Shown here in pieces: positions 41,571-51,567 of a stretch of 64,000 bases of DNA; within the stretch, counting starts at the first letter, position 1; each line of letters starts with the position of its first letter. The stretch is from the NCBI GenBank assembly GCA_045541395.1, contig JAZQIZ010000001.1, positions 213,233 to 277,232 on the forward strand, given 5' to 3'. The notes beneath the pieces are model-generated. The model saw only the letters and a program-made list of their open reading frames with translations, did no database searches and was not told the DNA's origin. This DNA comes from Eubacteriales bacterium (lineage in GTDB: Bacteria > Bacillota > Clostridia > Oscillospirales > UMGS1783). The position numbers and the translations under genes were made by a program.

Positions 41571-41617
41571 GTAACCTGGAATTCAGTTTACATAACGTAG
41601 TTGGTTTTCCAAAAACA

Positions 41618-42643
41618 TTAAAAGTTTTTGCAGTAATTTTCTTCAATATTCATGGTAGCAAGACCATTCAGAGTTTCATCTGATATATTGTTTGCAAGAA
41701 ACTCATAATAAGCCTGCGCGCCTATCATTGCAGCATTATCCCCGCAAAGGGACAGTTTAGGTATATACAGTGATGCGTTATTGCTTTTAGCGGCCTCATC
41801 AAGCATCTCTCGAAGCATTTTATTTGCCGCAACACCACCTGCAAGAACCAGTTTATTAATATTATAATACTTTGCTGCGTTAATGAATTTATCAGTCAGT
41901 GTTTTTGCAACCGTATAATTAAAAGATGCCGCAACATCAGGTATATTTATCTCACTGCCCGTTTGTTTGGAATTATGAACAAAGTTTATCATTTTAGTTT
42001 TAAGGCCGGAGAAACTAAAATCAAACGGTGCATCTTCAAATTGTGTAACAGGTAGTTTAAGAGCATTAATATTACCATCTATAGCAGCTTTCTCAATTTG
42101 AACTCCGCCGGGATATCCTAAACCCAATACTCTGGAAACCTTATCAAAAGCCTCCCCTGCAGCATCATCACGTGTCCTTCCTATTACCTTATAATCAGTA
42201 TAACTATCAACTTTAACAATGTGGCTATGTCCGCCTGAAACTACCAATGCAAGAAACGGTGGCTCAAGTTCTTCAAAAGAAAGATAATTTGAAGCAATAT
42301 GTCCACGTAAGTGATGTACCGGTATAATAGGAATTTTTAGCCCGAACGCAAAAGCCTTAGCATAGCTGATGCCGGTAAGTAACGCACCTATAAGTCCCGG
42401 AGCATACGTTACGGCAACAGCATCGATATCGCTTTTCCTTAAGCCGGCTTTTTTTATTGCAGTATCTACAACGTCACCTATTTTCTCAATATGCTTTCTG
42501 GAAGCTATTTCAGGAACAACTCCGCCATACTCTTTATGTATTGCTATTTGAGTATAAACAACGTTAGAAAGAATGTTTCTACCATTTTCAACAATGGCAC
42601 AGGCGGTTTCATCGCACGAGCTTTCTATAGCTAGGATTTTCAT
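41618..42643 (-). CDS. tsaD: tRNA N6-adenosine threonylcarbamoyltransferase
   Basis: ILAIESSCDET and metal-binding HHLRGH. 341 aa. Confidence 0.96.
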   Translation of the reverse strand: MKILAIESSCDETACAIVENGRNILSNVVYTQIAIHKEYGGVVPEIASRKHIEKIGDVVDTAIKKAGLRKSDIDAVAVTYAPGLIGALLTGISYAKAFAFGLKIPIIPVHHLRGHIASNYLSFEELEPPFLALVVSGGHSHIVKVDSYTDYKVIGRTRDDAAGEAFDKVSRVLGLGYPGGVQIEKAAIDGNINALKLPVTQFEDAPFDFSFSGLKTKMINFVHNSKQTGSEINIPDVAASFNYTVAKTLTDKFINAAKYYNINKLVLAGGVAANKMLREMLDEAAKSNNASLYIPKLSLCGDNAAMIGAQAYYEFLANNISDETLNGLATMNIEENYCKNF

Positions 42644-42648
42644 TAAAA

Positions 42649-43104
42649 TTAACGCCTCCAGATTCCTTTAACATTAAATTTCATTGTAATTGCATCTTCC
42701 TTAGGTGATTCATAAAAATTTTTTCTTTCTCCTAAGCGCTCAAAGCCGATATGTTCATATAGATTCAACGCAGCAATATTACTCTTTCTTACCTCTAAGT
42801 ACATTGAATCTACACCACGTATCCATGCTTCCAGGATTGCAGCTTCAAGAATTTTCTTTCCACAACCTAATTTTCTGAATTCTTTTTTAACGGCAATTGT
42901 TGCCACCTGTGCTTCATCGCATACAACCAAAGCAAGGAAATAGCCAATTACTTCTTTTTCATTATAAACAACCTTAAATATTTGTTTATCATCAAGTGCT
43001 TTTTTAAAATCGTTAAATTTCCATGGTAACGAAAAATTATCTTTTTCGATCTGAGTAATTGTTTCTAAATCGTCTGACTTAGTATCTCTCACATAAAATT
43101 TCAT
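42649..43104 (-). CDS. rimI: ribosomal-protein-alanine N-acetyltransferase
   Basis: GNAT acetyl-CoA motif (VKKEFRKLGCGKKIL). It sits directly upstream of tsaD. Confidence 0.85.
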   Translation of the reverse strand: MKFYVRDTKSDDLETITQIEKDNFSLPWKFNDFKKALDDKQIFKVVYNEKEVIGYFLALVVCDEAQVATIAVKKEFRKLGCGKKILEAAILEAWIRGVDSMYLEVRKSNIAALNLYEHIGFERLGERKNFYESPKEDAITMKFNVKGIWRR

Positions 43105-43538
43105 TCTCTATTCTCCGTAAGTTCTATTGCCCAGGGAATATACTTTTTAATTCTTTCTTTGCAATAATTATACATATCAATATTTCCACCGTATGGATCA
43201 GCAATACCATCCTTCCCCATAACATAGACCTTGTCGGTTGCATTTGGAAAAATAGATACTACGGCAAAAGCGTGTTGCTTGGACATACAAATTATAACAC
43301 ATGAATTTGCAATGTCTCCCTCTGTTACCTTACGTGCCTTATGATAACTCATATCAATTCCTTCTATTAGAAGTGTTTTATGAGCGTTAGCCGAAAGGCC
43401 AGTACCTTCTTCAGGAAAAATTCCTGCACTTAAGGCAGTAATATCAAGATTGTGCTCTTTGGCGTATTTATTTGTAAGCCCCTGCGCAATAGGGCTTCTG
43501 CAAGTATTACCTGTGCAGATATATAGTATTCTTTTCAT
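43101..43538 (-). CDS. low-molecular-weight protein tyrosine/arginine phosphatase (YwlE-like)
   Basis: The CX5R(S/T) P-loop sits in ICTGNTCRSP, with a DPYGG general-acid loop. Confidence 0.88.
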   Translation of the reverse strand: MKRILYICTGNTCRSPIAQGLTNKYAKEHNLDITALSAGIFPEEGTGLSANAHKTLLIEGIDMSYHKARKVTEGDIANSCVIICMSKQHAFAVVSIFPNATDKVYVMGKDGIADPYGGNIDMYNYCKERIKKYIPWAIELTENRE

Positions 43539-46066
43539 TAATTTTTTGCCTCATACCAGCTATCGCCAATGCCTATATCAACTGAAAGTGGAAGACTGAG
43601 ATTTCCTGCGGCCTCCATTTCTGTTTTTAAAATGGCCATTGCTTTATCTACTTCATTATCGGGACTTTCAATAATAAGTTCGTCGTGGACCTGTAAAATG
43701 ATCCTGGAATTCATATTATTTTCTTTAAGTTTTATTGCAACATTAACCATAGCGATCTTAAGAATATCTGCCGCGCTTCCCTGTATCGGTGTATTCTTCG
43801 CTACCCTCTCACCGAAACTTCTAATATTATGGTTTTGGACAGAAAGTTCAGGAATATATCTTCTTCTTCCAAACATTGTTGTTACAAATCCGTTTTTCTT
43901 TGCCGCTAATACAGTTTCATCGAGATATTCTTTTATTCCTTTATAAGTATCAAAGTAGCTTTCAATATATTCTTTTGCCTGTTTTCTCGATACTTTAATG
44001 TCACCTGCAAGTGAAAATTCAGAAATTCCATAAACAATACCGAAATTTACCGCCTTTGCCTTAGATCGCATTTCCGGAGTTACCATCTCAAGGGGCACTC
44101 TGAATACCTGAGAAGCAGTAATTGAATGAATATCCGAATTATTATTAAAGGCGTTCAACATAGTTTCATCATTAGCAATATGAGCAAGAACGCGAAGTTC
44201 TATCTGAGAATAGTCAGCATCAATAAGTTTATATCCTTTCGGAGCTGTAAACATTTTTCTCAGTTCTCTGCCAATTCCGTGTCTTACAGGAATATTCTGT
44301 AGATTAGGTTCGGATGAAGATATTCTTCCGGTTTGGGTAATGGTCTGATGGAAAACAGAGTGTATTCTTCCGCCTTCATCGATAAGATCAACAAAACCGT
44401 CAACATAGGTAGATTTAAGCTTAGCATACTGCCTAAACTCGAGTATACAATCTATAATTTCATGATACCCACGAAGTTTTTCAAGCACTTCTGCGCCGGT
44501 AGAATAACCTGTTTTATTTTTAGAAATAACAGGTAGCTTAAGTTTATTGAATAATACGTCTCCCAACTGCTTAGGGGAGTTAATATTAAACTTTTCCCCT
44601 GCATAGAAATATATCATATCAGTAAGGTTATCTATCCGTTTATTAAGCTCTTCTCCGAAAGCATATAATCTTTCTTTATCAAGTGAAAAGCCTAAATGCT
44701 CCATCTGAGCCAACACAGAAGTCAATGGACGCTCAATATCATAATACAGACTTGTCATTCCTGTATCATTTAAAAGCATATCCATTTTATTCCTTGCTTT
44801 TTTAAGGCAAACACAAGCAGCGCTCATAGAAGAAACCGAGACTCCTGCGTAAGTGGAAATCAAATCAAACAATTCGTATTTAGAAACAGATGGATTTAAT
44901 ACGTATGCTGCCACCTTAATATCAAAATCAAGAGACTTATATTCAAGTCCTTTATCGTAAAGAAGTTTTATTGCAGGTTTAACCGAATATGTGATTTTTT
45001 TAATAGAATCATTAGCAAGTATTTCTGAAAAGATTTCCTCGGAAATATCACAGGAAAAGCTTTCTTCAGAAAATGACGCAAAAAATCTATCCTTCTCGAG
45101 CAGATAATAAATCTCACCGGCTTCTTTAGCCATGTTTATCATTTGATTGCAAGTGATCTCGTTTCCCGATACTATTAATTCCGATTCGGTGTGCTCTTCA
45201 TTCAAACCAAAACGGTTTATTGCGTTTGTAAAATTCAGATCCCGAAATAAATCTAAAAGCTTAACGTTATTATAAGGCTTAACCCTGCAAGAATCTTCAT
45301 TTACAATAATAGGTGCGTTTTTATCAATTATTACAAGTTGCTTAGACAGAAAAGCCATATCTTTTGAATTAATAAGTTTATCTCTTTGTCCTTTTTTTAT
45401 TTCAGGACTATCTATATTTTCATAAACTCCTTCAAGAGAGCCGAATTTCTGTATAAGTGCAATAGCACCCTTTTCGCCGATCCCTGATACGCCCGGAATA
45501 TTGTCGGAAGAGTCACCCATAATAGACTTAACGTCTATTAATTTAACCGGATCGACTCCGTATTTTTCACAGACAGCTTGTTTGTCATATACGTTATATT
45601 CAGTACCGGATGCTTTGCTTACGGCCAGTAATACTTTTACGTTTTCACTTACCAACTGAAGACTGTCACGGTCACCCGTTACAATAAAACACTCATGGCC
45701 ATTCTTAGAAAATTCAGTAACAACGGTACCAATAACATCGTCGCCTTCATAACCTTCTTTTTCTAAAATTTCAATATTCATCGCACTTAACATTGCCTTT
45801 GCTATATCCATTTGAGAGGCAAGTTCAGGAGGCATTCCTTTTCGCTGAGCCTTATATCCTTCGTACATTTTGTGACGAAAGGTTTTAGCTCTTACATCAA
45901 ATGCTGCCGCAATAAAATCCGGCTTCAAATCGTCAATCAATCTTGAGATTATATTCAAAAAACCGTAAACGGCATTAGTGGGTCTGCCATCCCTTGATGT
46001 AAGGGGCGGCATACCGAAAAAAGCCCTGTTCAATATACTGTTAGAGTCAAATATCATTAATTTCAT
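43538..46066 (-). CDS. polA: DNA polymerase I
   Basis: 5' nuclease domain (GDSSDNIPGV) and polymerase motifs DYSQIELR, RSKAKAVNFGIVYG and QVHDEL. Confidence 0.97.
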   Translation of the reverse strand: MKLMIFDSNSILNRAFFGMPPLTSRDGRPTNAVYGFLNIISRLIDDLKPDFIAAAFDVRAKTFRHKMYEGYKAQRKGMPPELASQMDIAKAMLSAMNIEILEKEGYEGDDVIGTVVTEFSKNGHECFIVTGDRDSLQLVSENVKVLLAVSKASGTEYNVYDKQAVCEKYGVDPVKLIDVKSIMGDSSDNIPGVSGIGEKGAIALIQKFGSLEGVYENIDSPEIKKGQRDKLINSKDMAFLSKQLVIIDKNAPIIVNEDSCRVKPYNNVKLLDLFRDLNFTNAINRFGLNEEHTESELIVSGNEITCNQMINMAKEAGEIYYLLEKDRFFASFSEESFSCDISEEIFSEILANDSIKKITYSVKPAIKLLYDKGLEYKSLDFDIKVAAYVLNPSVSKYELFDLISTYAGVSVSSMSAACVCLKKARNKMDMLLNDTGMTSLYYDIERPLTSVLAQMEHLGFSLDKERLYAFGEELNKRIDNLTDMIYFYAGEKFNINSPKQLGDVLFNKLKLPVISKNKTGYSTGAEVLEKLRGYHEIIDCILEFRQYAKLKSTYVDGFVDLIDEGGRIHSVFHQTITQTGRISSSEPNLQNIPVRHGIGRELRKMFTAPKGYKLIDADYSQIELRVLAHIANDETMLNAFNNNSDIHSITASQVFRVPLEMVTPEMRSKAKAVNFGIVYGISEFSLAGDIKVSRKQAKEYIESYFDTYKGIKEYLDETVLAAKKNGFVTTMFGRRRYIPELSVQNHNIRSFGERVAKNTPIQGSAADILKIAMVNVAIKLKENNMNSRIILQVHDELIIESPDNEVDKAMAILKTEMEAAGNLSLPLSVDIGIGDSWYEAKN

Positions 46067-46180
46067 ATTCTACACCCATTATATAATCTATCAGTTTATT
46101 ATATCACAAACTAATTAATAATACAACGAAAAGATATTTAATTATATTATAATATATTATGTATTTTTTTATTATTTTCT

Positions 46181-46209
46181 TTGCAATTAACAAAAAAATA
46201 GTGTATAAT
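46181..46209 (+). promoter_or_regulatory. sigma-A type promoter of the rlmB operon
   Basis: TTGCAA, a 17-nt spacer, then TATAAT. Confidence 0.45.
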
Positions 46210-46240
46210 AAGATGAATATATATCGGAGAAATGTTTCTT

Positions 46241-46993
46241 ATGATTGAAAATAATGAAAAAAGGGTGTCTGTTGGAGTAAATCCCGTATATGAACTATTA
46301 AAAAGTGATACAACTGTTGACAGACTATATATTGCCAACGGCAAAGATAGCCCTCAAATAAAAAGACTGATTGGTCTTGCCAAAGAAAAAGGTGTCCCTG
46401 TTGTTTATACTCATATTTCAAACCTTGACAATATGAGTGAAGGAGCAAGGCATCAAGGCGTTGCCGCTCTTTGCGCTGAAATGGAATATTGCGAGGTTGA
46501 AGATATTCTTAATTACGCAAAAGCAAAGAATGAGAAGCCTTTTATCATAATTTTGGACTCAATTAAAGATCCGCATAATTTGGGCGCAATTATCCGTTCT
46601 GCTGACGGTTGTGGTGCACACGGAATAATTGTTCCTAAGCGTAATTCCGCTCCCCTGACTCATGTTGTTGCAAAAACATCTGCAGGCGCACTTGAAAATG
46701 CTAAAATTGCCCGTGTTTCTAATCTTAATTCAACAGTAGAAAACCTTAAAAAAGAGGGAATATGGGTTTTCGGTGCAGCAGATGCCGGCGCCAAAAATTA
46801 TACCGAAGTTGATTTTGATTGTCCTGCTGCAATTGTTATAGGCGATGAAGGTTTCGGAATAAGCAAACTATTAATGTCAAAATGCGACTTTCTTATTAAG
46901 ATACCTATGCTTGGAAGCGTTAGCTCCTTAAATGCATCTGTTGCTGCTGGCGTATTGATGTATGAAGCGCTAAGGCAACGGTCATCCAATTAA
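46241..46993 (+). CDS. rlmB: 23S rRNA (guanosine-2'-O)-methyltransferase RlmB (SpoU/TrmH family)
   Basis: SpoU motifs LD.I.DPHNLGAIIRSA and VIGDEG.G.S...C D. GGAGA RBS before ATG 46241. Confidence 0.88.
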   Translation: MIENNEKRVSVGVNPVYELLKSDTTVDRLYIANGKDSPQIKRLIGLAKEKGVPVVYTHISNLDNMSEGARHQGVAALCAEMEYCEVEDILNYAKAKNEKPFIIILDSIKDPHNLGAIIRSADGCGAHGIIVPKRNSAPLTHVVAKTSAGALENAKIARVSNLNSTVENLKKEGIWVFGAADAGAKNYTEVDFDCPAAIVIGDEGFGISKLLMSKCDFLIKIPMLGSVSSLNASVAAGVLMYEALRQRSSN

Positions 46994-47008
46994 TCCGGAG
47001 GAAAAATT

Positions 47009-49525
47009 ATGTTAGACAACGAACTTAATTCAATTCTAAATGAAATAGAAATCGGTAAAGGTAAAGGTATTGCTGAAGATCAAAGTAAATTTAAAACCTC
47101 TGACTTTTCACTTGACAGTATACTTAAAGAATACGGTTTCGGGACCGATACCAACACAGTTAAAGAACCTGTGACGGAAGAAGAACTACCCAAGTTTCCC
47201 GCCAAGGAACCGGATGAGTTAAAAGAAGAAATATTATCGGGTGAATTGGTGATCGAACCTGAGCCTCAGGCACCTGAAATTCCTGTAAAAGAAGTCGCAC
47301 CGATACCCGAGCCGGAACCGAAAATTGAGTCTGCAATCTCTGAACCTGTAAATGCTTTGGAAAACGGACCTGTTTCCGTTCCTAAAGTTTTAGGCAAAAA
47401 AGTTGATATTTTTGATAATCAGGATATCGTTTCTATGCTTGCGGCAAATAAGCTTGGTAAAACCAACGATAAGGGCGAAAGTCCCAAGGAAATGACTCAA
47501 CTTTTTACCAGAGAACAGGAAGAAGACTTTAAAATGCGTAGCGGTTATATTGATATCGCCGCAATTAAAGCTGCAACTGCAGCAATAAAGCTTGAAAAAG
47601 AAAAGGTAGCAGAAGAAACTATTGCTGTCAATACTCCCGAAGAAACAAGCCCCGAGCAAAAAGCTCTTTTCAGTAAAATAGGTAGCTTTTTCTCTGATAC
47701 CACCTTCCGTTACGATACTTCTACCGTTAACGAACTTACTGTTACAGCAAAGAAGAAAAAAACACGATTTAAGAAAGATACACAGCAAATTGCTGAACCG
47801 GAAATAAAGGAAGAACCTTTGGCGCCCGGCGATATATTGGAAGCTGAAGATGTTCCAAACGTTGAGCAGGATATTCTTTCACAAATGAACATAGCATTTT
47901 TAAAGGCGATATTAACAGGTATTCTTGCGATCCCTCTTGCTTTATTGAACCTTTTCCCTAACCTTGTTGATGATATGCTCCATTCATTGTCTATGGCAAA
48001 TCCCTTTAACTATGCAACAGCAAACCTTTGCTTCTTGATTATCATTGCAATTATTAACATTGGCATTATCTATAAGGGTCTTGTTGGATTATTTACACTT
48101 AAACCATCAGGATCGACGCTTGCAGCCCTTTCTTTGCTCGCTTCGATAATTCACTGTGTTTATGTTATGATCAAACCGGAAAGTCTTACTTCAATGTTTG
48201 GCGTAATTGCTGCATTGTCTGTAATTTTTGTATTGATAGGCAAGCATAATAATTATAGGAATGTATACAAGAACCTTGAGATACTTGCTTTCAATGCAAC
48301 CAAGACTGCCTGTGTAAACGTTGAGGGCGGCCACTCTTTAAAAGAACTTTATAATGAAAACAGAAAAACCGTTTCCTGCTGTTCTGTTAAATTATTGACT
48401 CATTTCCTTACGAAGTCTTTTGATTATAATTTCTCAGACAAGCTTGCAAATATTTCTATTCTTGTTGGCATAATTGCGGCAATTGTAGTAACTTCAATAT
48501 CAGGGTTAGTAAAAGAATCAAATAACGTGTTCGGTACTCTATCCATTGCCTTTGCAACATTAAGTCCGTTTTGCTTTGACCTTGCATATTCACTGCCAAT
48601 GAACAGTACCTCAAATAAGATCAGAAAAACCGGCAGTGCTGTTGTAAGTTATACTGTTGCTAAAGAATTTTCCAATACTACCGACTTTATTATGCGTGAC
48701 TGTGACCTTTTCAAGCCGGATAATATTACCGTTCATTCTATGAAAATCAACGGAAATGAAAAAATAAACGATGTTATAATAAACTGTGCATCACTTATAA
48801 AGGCAAGTGACAGCCCCGTTTCAGGTGCATTTTTAAATATTCTTGATAACAAATCAAGTATGCTTATGCCTGTTACGGATTTTGATTGGACTCCCGATAA
48901 AGGCTATTCCGGCAATATAAACGGAACTAAGTATTTTATTGGCAGCAGCCAATACCTTGCCGATTGCGGAATCAAGCTCCCAACTATTGATCTTGAAGAA
49001 AAATATAAAAGAATTGGCCGCCAGGTAGTTATGTTTGCAGACAGCCGTAAATTACTTGCAGTATTCTCAATTTCTTATAACCGTGACGAACAAATATACA
49101 ATAATCTACATAAAATTAGCCTTGAAGATATGAAAATACTCGTTCTTACTAAAGATTGTAATATTACTGCACAGCTTCTTTCCGAAATATACGAAATGAA
49201 TGATCATACCTTTGCTATTGCTTCGAAAGAAGAATTTGGACGAGTTAACTCCGATAATAATTCTATTGATAAATGCCCGGCCGGTATTTATTCGATCACA
49301 GGTTCTGCAGGTGTTACGTCTGCACTAGCCAACTGTAAACGGCTAATTAGCACTATTAAAATTTCTGTTATTTTCAGAACGATTGCTATTGCTTCTTGTA
49401 TTTTATTACTTATATATGCGAGTCTAACAAATAATTTTGAAGTACTTCTCTCAGCTAAGAATATAATCCTCTATCATCTTATCTGGCTTATTCCTTCAAT
49501 CTTCGTATCTGCATTTGCAGGTTAA
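47009..49525 (+). CDS. large membrane protein: disordered acidic/Pro-rich N-terminus plus a P1B-type-ATPase-like core lacking the catalytic motifs
   Basis: See findings. The sequence stays in register with the P1B consensus around TM4 (LSPFCFDLAYSLPM vs ACPCALGLATP), the P-domain (FIMRDCDLFK vs VVFDKTGTLT; ILVLTKDCNITA vs VVMLTGDN..TA; ITGSAGVTSAL vs VGDGINDAPAL) and the N-domain (GRQVVMFADSRKLLAVFSI vs GKTVV.VA.DGKL.G.IAV). Confidence 0.55.
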   Translation: MLDNELNSILNEIEIGKGKGIAEDQSKFKTSDFSLDSILKEYGFGTDTNTVKEPVTEEELPKFPAKEPDELKEEILSGELVIEPEPQAPEIPVKEVAPIPEPEPKIESAISEPVNALENGPVSVPKVLGKKVDIFDNQDIVSMLAANKLGKTNDKGESPKEMTQLFTREQEEDFKMRSGYIDIAAIKAATAAIKLEKEKVAEETIAVNTPEETSPEQKALFSKIGSFFSDTTFRYDTSTVNELTVTAKKKKTRFKKDTQQIAEPEIKEEPLAPGDILEAEDVPNVEQDILSQMNIAFLKAILTGILAIPLALLNLFPNLVDDMLHSLSMANPFNYATANLCFLIIIAIINIGIIYKGLVGLFTLKPSGSTLAALSLLASIIHCVYVMIKPESLTSMFGVIAALSVIFVLIGKHNNYRNVYKNLEILAFNATKTACVNVEGGHSLKELYNENRKTVSCCSVKLLTHFLTKSFDYNFSDKLANISILVGIIAAIVVTSISGLVKESNNVFGTLSIAFATLSPFCFDLAYSLPMNSTSNKIRKTGSAVVSYTVAKEFSNTTDFIMRDCDLFKPDNITVHSMKINGNEKINDVIINCASLIKASDSPVSGAFLNILDNKSSMLMPVTDFDWTPDKGYSGNINGTKYFIGSSQYLADCGIKLPTIDLEEKYKRIGRQVVMFADSRKLLAVFSISYNRDEQIYNNLHKISLEDMKILVLTKDCNITAQLLSEIYEMNDHTFAIASKEEFGRVNSDNNSIDKCPAGIYSITGSAGVTSALANCKRLISTIKISVIFRTIAIASCILLLIYASLTNNFEVLLSAKNIILYHLIWLIPSIFVSAFAG

Positions 49526-50041
49526 ATGAAAAATAATTATATTTTCATAGGAATGCCCGGAAGCGGTAAAAGTACTTTAGGAAAATTACTCGCAAGGAGA
49601 CTAAATATTACTTTTTGCGATACAGACAAGCTTATTGAAAAAAAATTCAACTTGCCTTTGCAGGAAATACTTGATCTGTACGGTGAAGAAAGATTTAAAC
49701 TTATTGAGGAACAAATTATTACTAAGTTAATTCTAAATAACACCGTAATTTCCACCGGCGGCAGTGCCGTTTATTCAAAAAATGCAATGGAATATCTTGC
49801 ATCAAAAGGTATCGTAATATTTATTAATACTGATTTAGATACGTTAAAAACTCGCATTAAAAATCCAACCAAGAGAGGTATTGTTTTATCCAATGGCGAA
49901 ACCTTTGAGGATATTTACAATAGAAGATTGCCTTTATATAAACAATATGCAGAAATCACTGTTAATTCCACAATGGAATCACCATATAAAACTATTGAGA
50001 AATTAATTGAATTGTTAAAAAAACAGAAGGTTATTTACTAA
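49526..50041 (+). CDS. aroK: shikimate kinase
   Basis: IFIGMPGSGKSTLGK P-loop and DTD shikimate-binding motif. Its ATG directly abuts the upstream stop codon. Confidence 0.92.
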   Translation: MKNNYIFIGMPGSGKSTLGKLLARRLNITFCDTDKLIEKKFNLPLQEILDLYGEERFKLIEEQIITKLILNNTVISTGGSAVYSKNAMEYLASKGIVIFINTDLDTLKTRIKNPTKRGIVLSNGETFEDIYNRRLPLYKQYAEITVNSTMESPYKTIEKLIELLKKQKVIY

Positions 50042-50056
50042 CCTTCTGTTTTTTTA
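50023..50056 (+). terminator. rho-independent terminator of the rlmB-aroK operon
   Basis: Stem acagaaggtta / taaccttctgt followed by a T-run of 7. Confidence 0.8.
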
Positions 50057-50110
50057 CCCTAAACAGCTTATTCTCATATAATATATAGAAATAACTAAAC
50101 GGAGGTAATT

Positions 50111-50971
50111 ATGATAAGTAATTGTAATATTGCCGTTATAGGCGGCGATATAAGGCAAGCATACTTAATTAACAAGCTTGTTCAAGAAAACTATATTGTA
50201 AAGATCTGCGGTATTGAAAACACACCTGTCTATATTAATGGTGCGGTTATTTGCAATGATTATGCAGACGCACTCCAAAATGCAGACTATGTTATTTTAG
50301 GAGTTCCTTACACTAAAGATAACACTAATATCTATACTCCCCTATCTGATAAAACAATTACAATTGATGAAGTAAATTCTTGTATTAATAAAAAAGCAAT
50401 AATACTTGCAGGAAGAATAAAAAACTCTCATTTTATAAATAAAACCATTGATTATGCATCCAGTGATGAGTTTGCTTATCTGAATGCCATACCAACTGCA
50501 GAAGGATGTATAAATACCATTATAGCTAATTCCGAAAAATGTATTGACTCAATGAAAATCCTTATTACCGGCTACGGTAGAGTTGCAAAAATACTTGCAT
50601 ATAAGCTTAAAGCATTAAATGCTGAAGTTACCATTTGTGCCAGGAATAAAACACAACTTGCTGAAGCATTGGGTTATGGTTTTAACGTTTGTCCAATTAA
50701 TAAACTAAATGATTCTGCTATTCTTTTTGATACTTATATTAACACAGTAGATGCTAACATTTTTAACAAAGATTTTATTGATTTAATTACTGATGGCAAA
50801 CTAATAATTGACCTTGCTTCATTCCCCGGAGGAACAGATTTTAGTTATGCTGCTAAAAAGAAAATCAAAGCAATACATGCCCTTTCGCTACCGGCAAAAA
50901 CTGCACCGGAAACTGCAGGAGAAATAATTTTTAAGGTTGTTAATGACATGATTAAGGAGGATATTACGTGA
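50111..50971 (+). CDS. spoVFA: dipicolinate synthase subunit A
   Basis: NAD-binding fold (ILITGYGRVAK), 286 aa. Coupled to the subunit B gene by a 4-nt overlap. Confidence 0.85.
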   Translation: MISNCNIAVIGGDIRQAYLINKLVQENYIVKICGIENTPVYINGAVICNDYADALQNADYVILGVPYTKDNTNIYTPLSDKTITIDEVNSCINKKAIILAGRIKNSHFINKTIDYASSDEFAYLNAIPTAEGCINTIIANSEKCIDSMKILITGYGRVAKILAYKLKALNAEVTICARNKTQLAEALGYGFNVCPINKLNDSAILFDTYINTVDANIFNKDFIDLITDGKLIIDLASFPGGTDFSYAAKKKIKAIHALSLPAKTAPETAGEIIFKVVNDMIKEDIT

Positions 50972-51537
50972 AAAAAACTATAGGCTTTGCTATATGCGGA
51001 TCTTTTTGTACTTTTGATAAAGTAATACCTCAAATAGAGACATTAGTAGATAACGGCTATGAAGTTGTACCTATTATGTCTGAAATATCATATTGCTCGA
51101 ATACAAGATTCGGAAATGCTGAGGATCATATTAAGAGAATAAAAGAAATAACAGGTAAGGAGATTATCCATACAATTAAGCAGGCTGAGCCGATCGGTCC
51201 TAAATGCTTGTTAGACGGGATAATAGTGGCACCATGTACCGGAAATACGTTAGGTAAATTAGCCAACGGAATAACCGACAGTGTAGTGACAATGGCAATA
51301 AAAGCCAATTTAAGAAATAACGGTCCTGTAATAATTGCTGTTTCAACAAATGACGGACTTGGTGCCAGCGCAAAGAATATCGGTCTTTTGCATAATACAA
51401 AAAATATATTTTTTGTGCCTTACAGACAAGACGACCATATAAATAAACCTACATCTTTGGTTGCAGAAATGACACTAATTAAAGATACACTGGATGCAGC
51501 ACTAAATAACTTTCAAATTCAACCGGTTTTAATATAA
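50968..51537 (+). CDS. spoVFB: dipicolinate synthase subunit B (flavoprotein family)
   Basis: IGFAICGSFCT N-terminus and APCTGNTLGKLANGI, typical of SpoVFB. Confidence 0.88.
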   Translation: MKKTIGFAICGSFCTFDKVIPQIETLVDNGYEVVPIMSEISYCSNTRFGNAEDHIKRIKEITGKEIIHTIKQAEPIGPKCLLDGIIVAPCTGNTLGKLANGITDSVVTMAIKANLRNNGPVIIAVSTNDGLGASAKNIGLLHNTKNIFFVPYRQDDHINKPTSLVAEMTLIKDTLDAALNNFQIQPVLI

Positions 51538-51541
51538 AAAA

Positions 51542-51567
51542 TGCCCGACAGGATCGGGCATTTTTTT
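51542..51567. terminator. bidirectional terminator between spoVFB and folD
   Basis: Stem tgcccga / tcgggca followed by a T-run of 7, with an A-run upstream. Confidence 0.8.

Noticed and set aside
41323-41617. Possible chromosomal replication origin (DnaA-box-like cluster next to an AT-rich tract).
   Set aside because: There is no dnaA, dnaN or rpmH nearby. Genes on both sides (lepA operon and tsaD-polA) run in the same direction, so there is no orientation switch. No box matches TTATCCACA perfectly. It is more likely a regulatory or titration cluster and is reported as such.
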